From an uncultured Planctomycetales bacterium (lineage in GTDB: Bacteria; Planctomycetota; MHYJ01; JACPRB01), in the NCBI GenBank assembly GCA_964604905.1, contig CAZSCC010000370.1:3676-67675 (forward strand): 64,000 nt of DNA, read 5' to 3'. Positions 62,477 through 64,000 of this stretch are shown piece by piece; positions within the stretch are counted from its first letter, which is position 1, and the number at the start of each line of letters is the position of its first letter. The notes under the pieces are model-generated. The model was given only the letters and a program-made list of their open reading frames with translations. It searched no databases and was not told the origin of the DNA. Made by a program: the position numbers and the translations under genes.

Positions 62477-64000
62477 ATGAACGATTCCAAGGGCGGCCCG
62501 TCGAAGCGCCCCCCTCCCGTCCCCTTCGGCAAGTACAAGCTCCTCCGCGAGATCGGACGGGGCGGCAAGGGAGTCGTCCACGAGGCGCTCGACACCGTCC
62601 TGAACCGGAAGGTCGCGCTCAAGAGGATCCAGGCCGGATCGGAGGACGACGCCGCGGGGATCGCGGCCGAGGGACGACGTTTCCTCATCGAGGCGCGGAT
62701 CGGCGCCAGCCTCCCCCGCCATCCCCACATCGTCGGGGTCTACGAGGCGGGGGAGATCGACGGGCAGCCCTACCTGGCGATGGAGCTCGTCCCGGACCAG
62801 TCGCTGGTCCGGTGGAGAAAGACCCCCGCCGCCACGTTCGAGGCGCAGGCGGCGCTCCTTCGCGACGTCGCGCTCGCGCTCGACCACGCCCATAGCCACG
62901 GCGTCGTGCACCGGGACGTCAAGCCCCAGAACATCCTGGTCGATGCTCAGGGCCAGCCCCGGCTGACCGACTTCGGCCTCGCCCGGCTCGAGGGCCAGAA
63001 GGAGGACCTCTCGCTCTCGGAGCCCGGCCGGATCTGGGGGACGCCCGCCTACATCAGCCCCGAGCACGCGTGCGGGAACACGGAGGTCGACGCGCGGGCA
63101 GACGTCTACTCGCTGGGCGTCCTCCTCTACGAGGCGATCGCGGGACGGCCGCCCTTCAAGGGCGAGACCTCGGCCCAGGTGCTGAAGAAAGTCGCGAGCG
63201 ATCCGCCCCCGCCCATCGCCTCCCTCATCGACGCCTCGCTCCTCACGCCCCTCCAGCGTGCCCTCGAGCCGCTCTGCATGAAGGCGCTCTCCAAGGACCC
63301 CGATGACCGGCCCGCGAGCGCCGCCGAGTTCGCCGACGGGATCGACCGCTGCCTCGACGCGAGGAGATCGCGGAAGAAGCTCGCGATCGCGTCGGCGGCC
63401 GTCGCCGCGCTCCTCCTGGTCATCGTCTCGTCCCTCTTCGTGTTCGGCGGATCGAAGGGTCCGACCCCGCAGGAACTCGAGGCGCAGAAGGCGGACGAGA
63501 AGAGGCGCCACGACCAGTTGGCGCGCGAGAAGCAGAAAGCCGTCGACGAGACCCGGCGCGACGCCGAGGAGCGCGCGCGGGAAAAAGAGGAGGAGTTCAA
63601 GCGCCGGCTGGAGGTCCAGCGCCGCGCGAGCGACGAGGAAGCGGTCCGCCTCAAGATGGATCAGATCAAGGCCGAGGAGCGGGCGCGCGCGGCCGAGGCC
63701 GCCGTCGCAAAGAAGCCGGAGCCGAAGCCCGCGGAGCCCCTCGTCCCGCTCCAGACGCCGGCGCCCGCGGTCGCGCCTCCCGCGCCGGCCGTGAAGCCCG
63801 ACCCGGCGGCTCCGGTCGCGCCGAAAACCGCCCCGTCCGCTCCGCCGAGCGGGGAGCCCTCGACTCTCGCGGACGGGACGCTCCACTGGGAGGCCGAGGA
63901 CTTCAGCGGCGGCGACAAGCCGGTCGAGGGCGTCGACTTCCACGACGCGACTCCCGGGAACAGCGGCAAGGTCTATCGTTCGTGCGACGTCGATCTGGGC
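62477..64000 (+). CDS. Ser/Thr protein kinase with TM, charged coiled/Pro-rich linker and extracytoplasmic CBM-like start; 3' end runs off the window
   Basis: My own translation, with no stop in the window. MNDSKGG..., 'GRGGKGVVHEA', 'HRDVKPQNILV', 'DFGLAR', 'GTPAYISPEH', a TM 'LAIASAAVAALLLVIVSSLFVF', then '...GTLHWEAEDFSGGDKPVEGVDFHD'. Confidence 0.85.
   Translation, partial: MNDSKGGPSKRPPPVPFGKYKLLREIGRGGKGVVHEALDTVLNRKVALKRIQAGSEDDAAGIAAEGRRFLIEARIGASLPRHPHIVGVYEAGEIDGQPYLAMELVPDQSLVRWRKTPAATFEAQAALLRDVALALDHAHSHGVVHRDVKPQNILVDAQGQPRLTDFGLARLEGQKEDLSLSEPGRIWGTPAYISPEHACGNTEVDARADVYSLGVLLYEAIAGRPPFKGETSAQVLKKVASDPPPPIASLIDASLLTPLQRALEPLCMKALSKDPDDRPASAAEFADGIDRCLDARRSRKKLAIASAAVAALLLVIVSSLFVFGGSKGPTPQELEAQKADEKRRHDQLAREKQKAVDETRRDAEERAREKEEEFKRRLEVQRRASDEEAVRLKMDQIKAEERARAAEAAVAKKPEPKPAEPLVPLQTPAPAVAPPAPAVKPDPAAPVAPKTAPSAPPSGEPSTLADGTLHWEAEDFSGGDKPVEGVDFHDATPGNSGKVYRSCDVDLG

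Noticed and set aside
1-64000. I looked for CRISPR arrays, rRNA or tRNA genes, integrases and known defence-system genes.
   Set aside because: No regularly spaced short direct repeats were found outside coding coiled-coil duplications. There are no rRNA/tRNA-like segments and no recognisable integrase, Cas, restriction or abortive-infection signatures by eye. A covariance-model or HMM scan would be needed to be certain.

Overview
This is a very GC-rich bacterial chromosomal segment: third codon positions are almost all G/C, and long Arg/Ala/Gly-rich shadow ORFs appear on every strand. All family calls come from motif recognition by eye, since I ran no database search. Gene content points to a Planctomycetota/PVC-type genome. 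It holds four translationally coupled pairs of the planctomycete signature families: two pairs of CxxCH + DUF1549/DUF1553 with DUF1501, and two pairs of DUF1592/DUF1588-type with DUF1552. Other genes include PQQ-like propellers, a sulfatase, GH5-like hydrolases, an LRR protein, HEAT/TPR proteins, two Ser/Thr kinases, transketolase, arfB, an aminotransferase + Nit pair, a ParE toxin-antitoxin pair, a NOX-like ferric reductase and an HTTM protein. I found no rRNA, tRNA or CRISPR.

The observations most worth a second look are:
1. An ArsC/Spx-family gene (45506-45138, minus strand) has an in-frame TGA exactly at the catalytic-Cys position, giving a U-G-A-C motif. It also has its own Shine-Dalgarno, a promoter-like hexamer pair and a SECIS-like hairpin, so it is a candidate selenoprotein that ORF callers truncate.
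2. A 1101-aa gene fuses about 650 aa of internally duplicated coiled coil to an IS1380-type DDE transposase domain, with no visible IS ends.
3. Four copies of an AT-rich 31-bp palindrome (CGTAACAAAACAAAC-N-GTTTGTTTTGTTACG) sit at gene 3' ends, bracket two gene blocks, and supply stop codons from their arms.
4. Two 72-bp direct repeats (71/72 identical) lie exactly 1500 bp apart. Each abuts a 5'-truncated gene remnant and carries a G-quadruplex-type purine core that recurs elsewhere in the window.
5. A lower-GC gene-decay island (about 45.5-51.6 kb) is full of remnants and pseudogenes.
6. An SdpA/SdpB-like pair combines an HTTM protein, whose C-terminal DCC-like domain has lost its cysteines, with a small anchored partner.
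7. A GntR gene with a perfect 8-1-8 palindrome upstream heads one DUF1592-DUF1552 operon.
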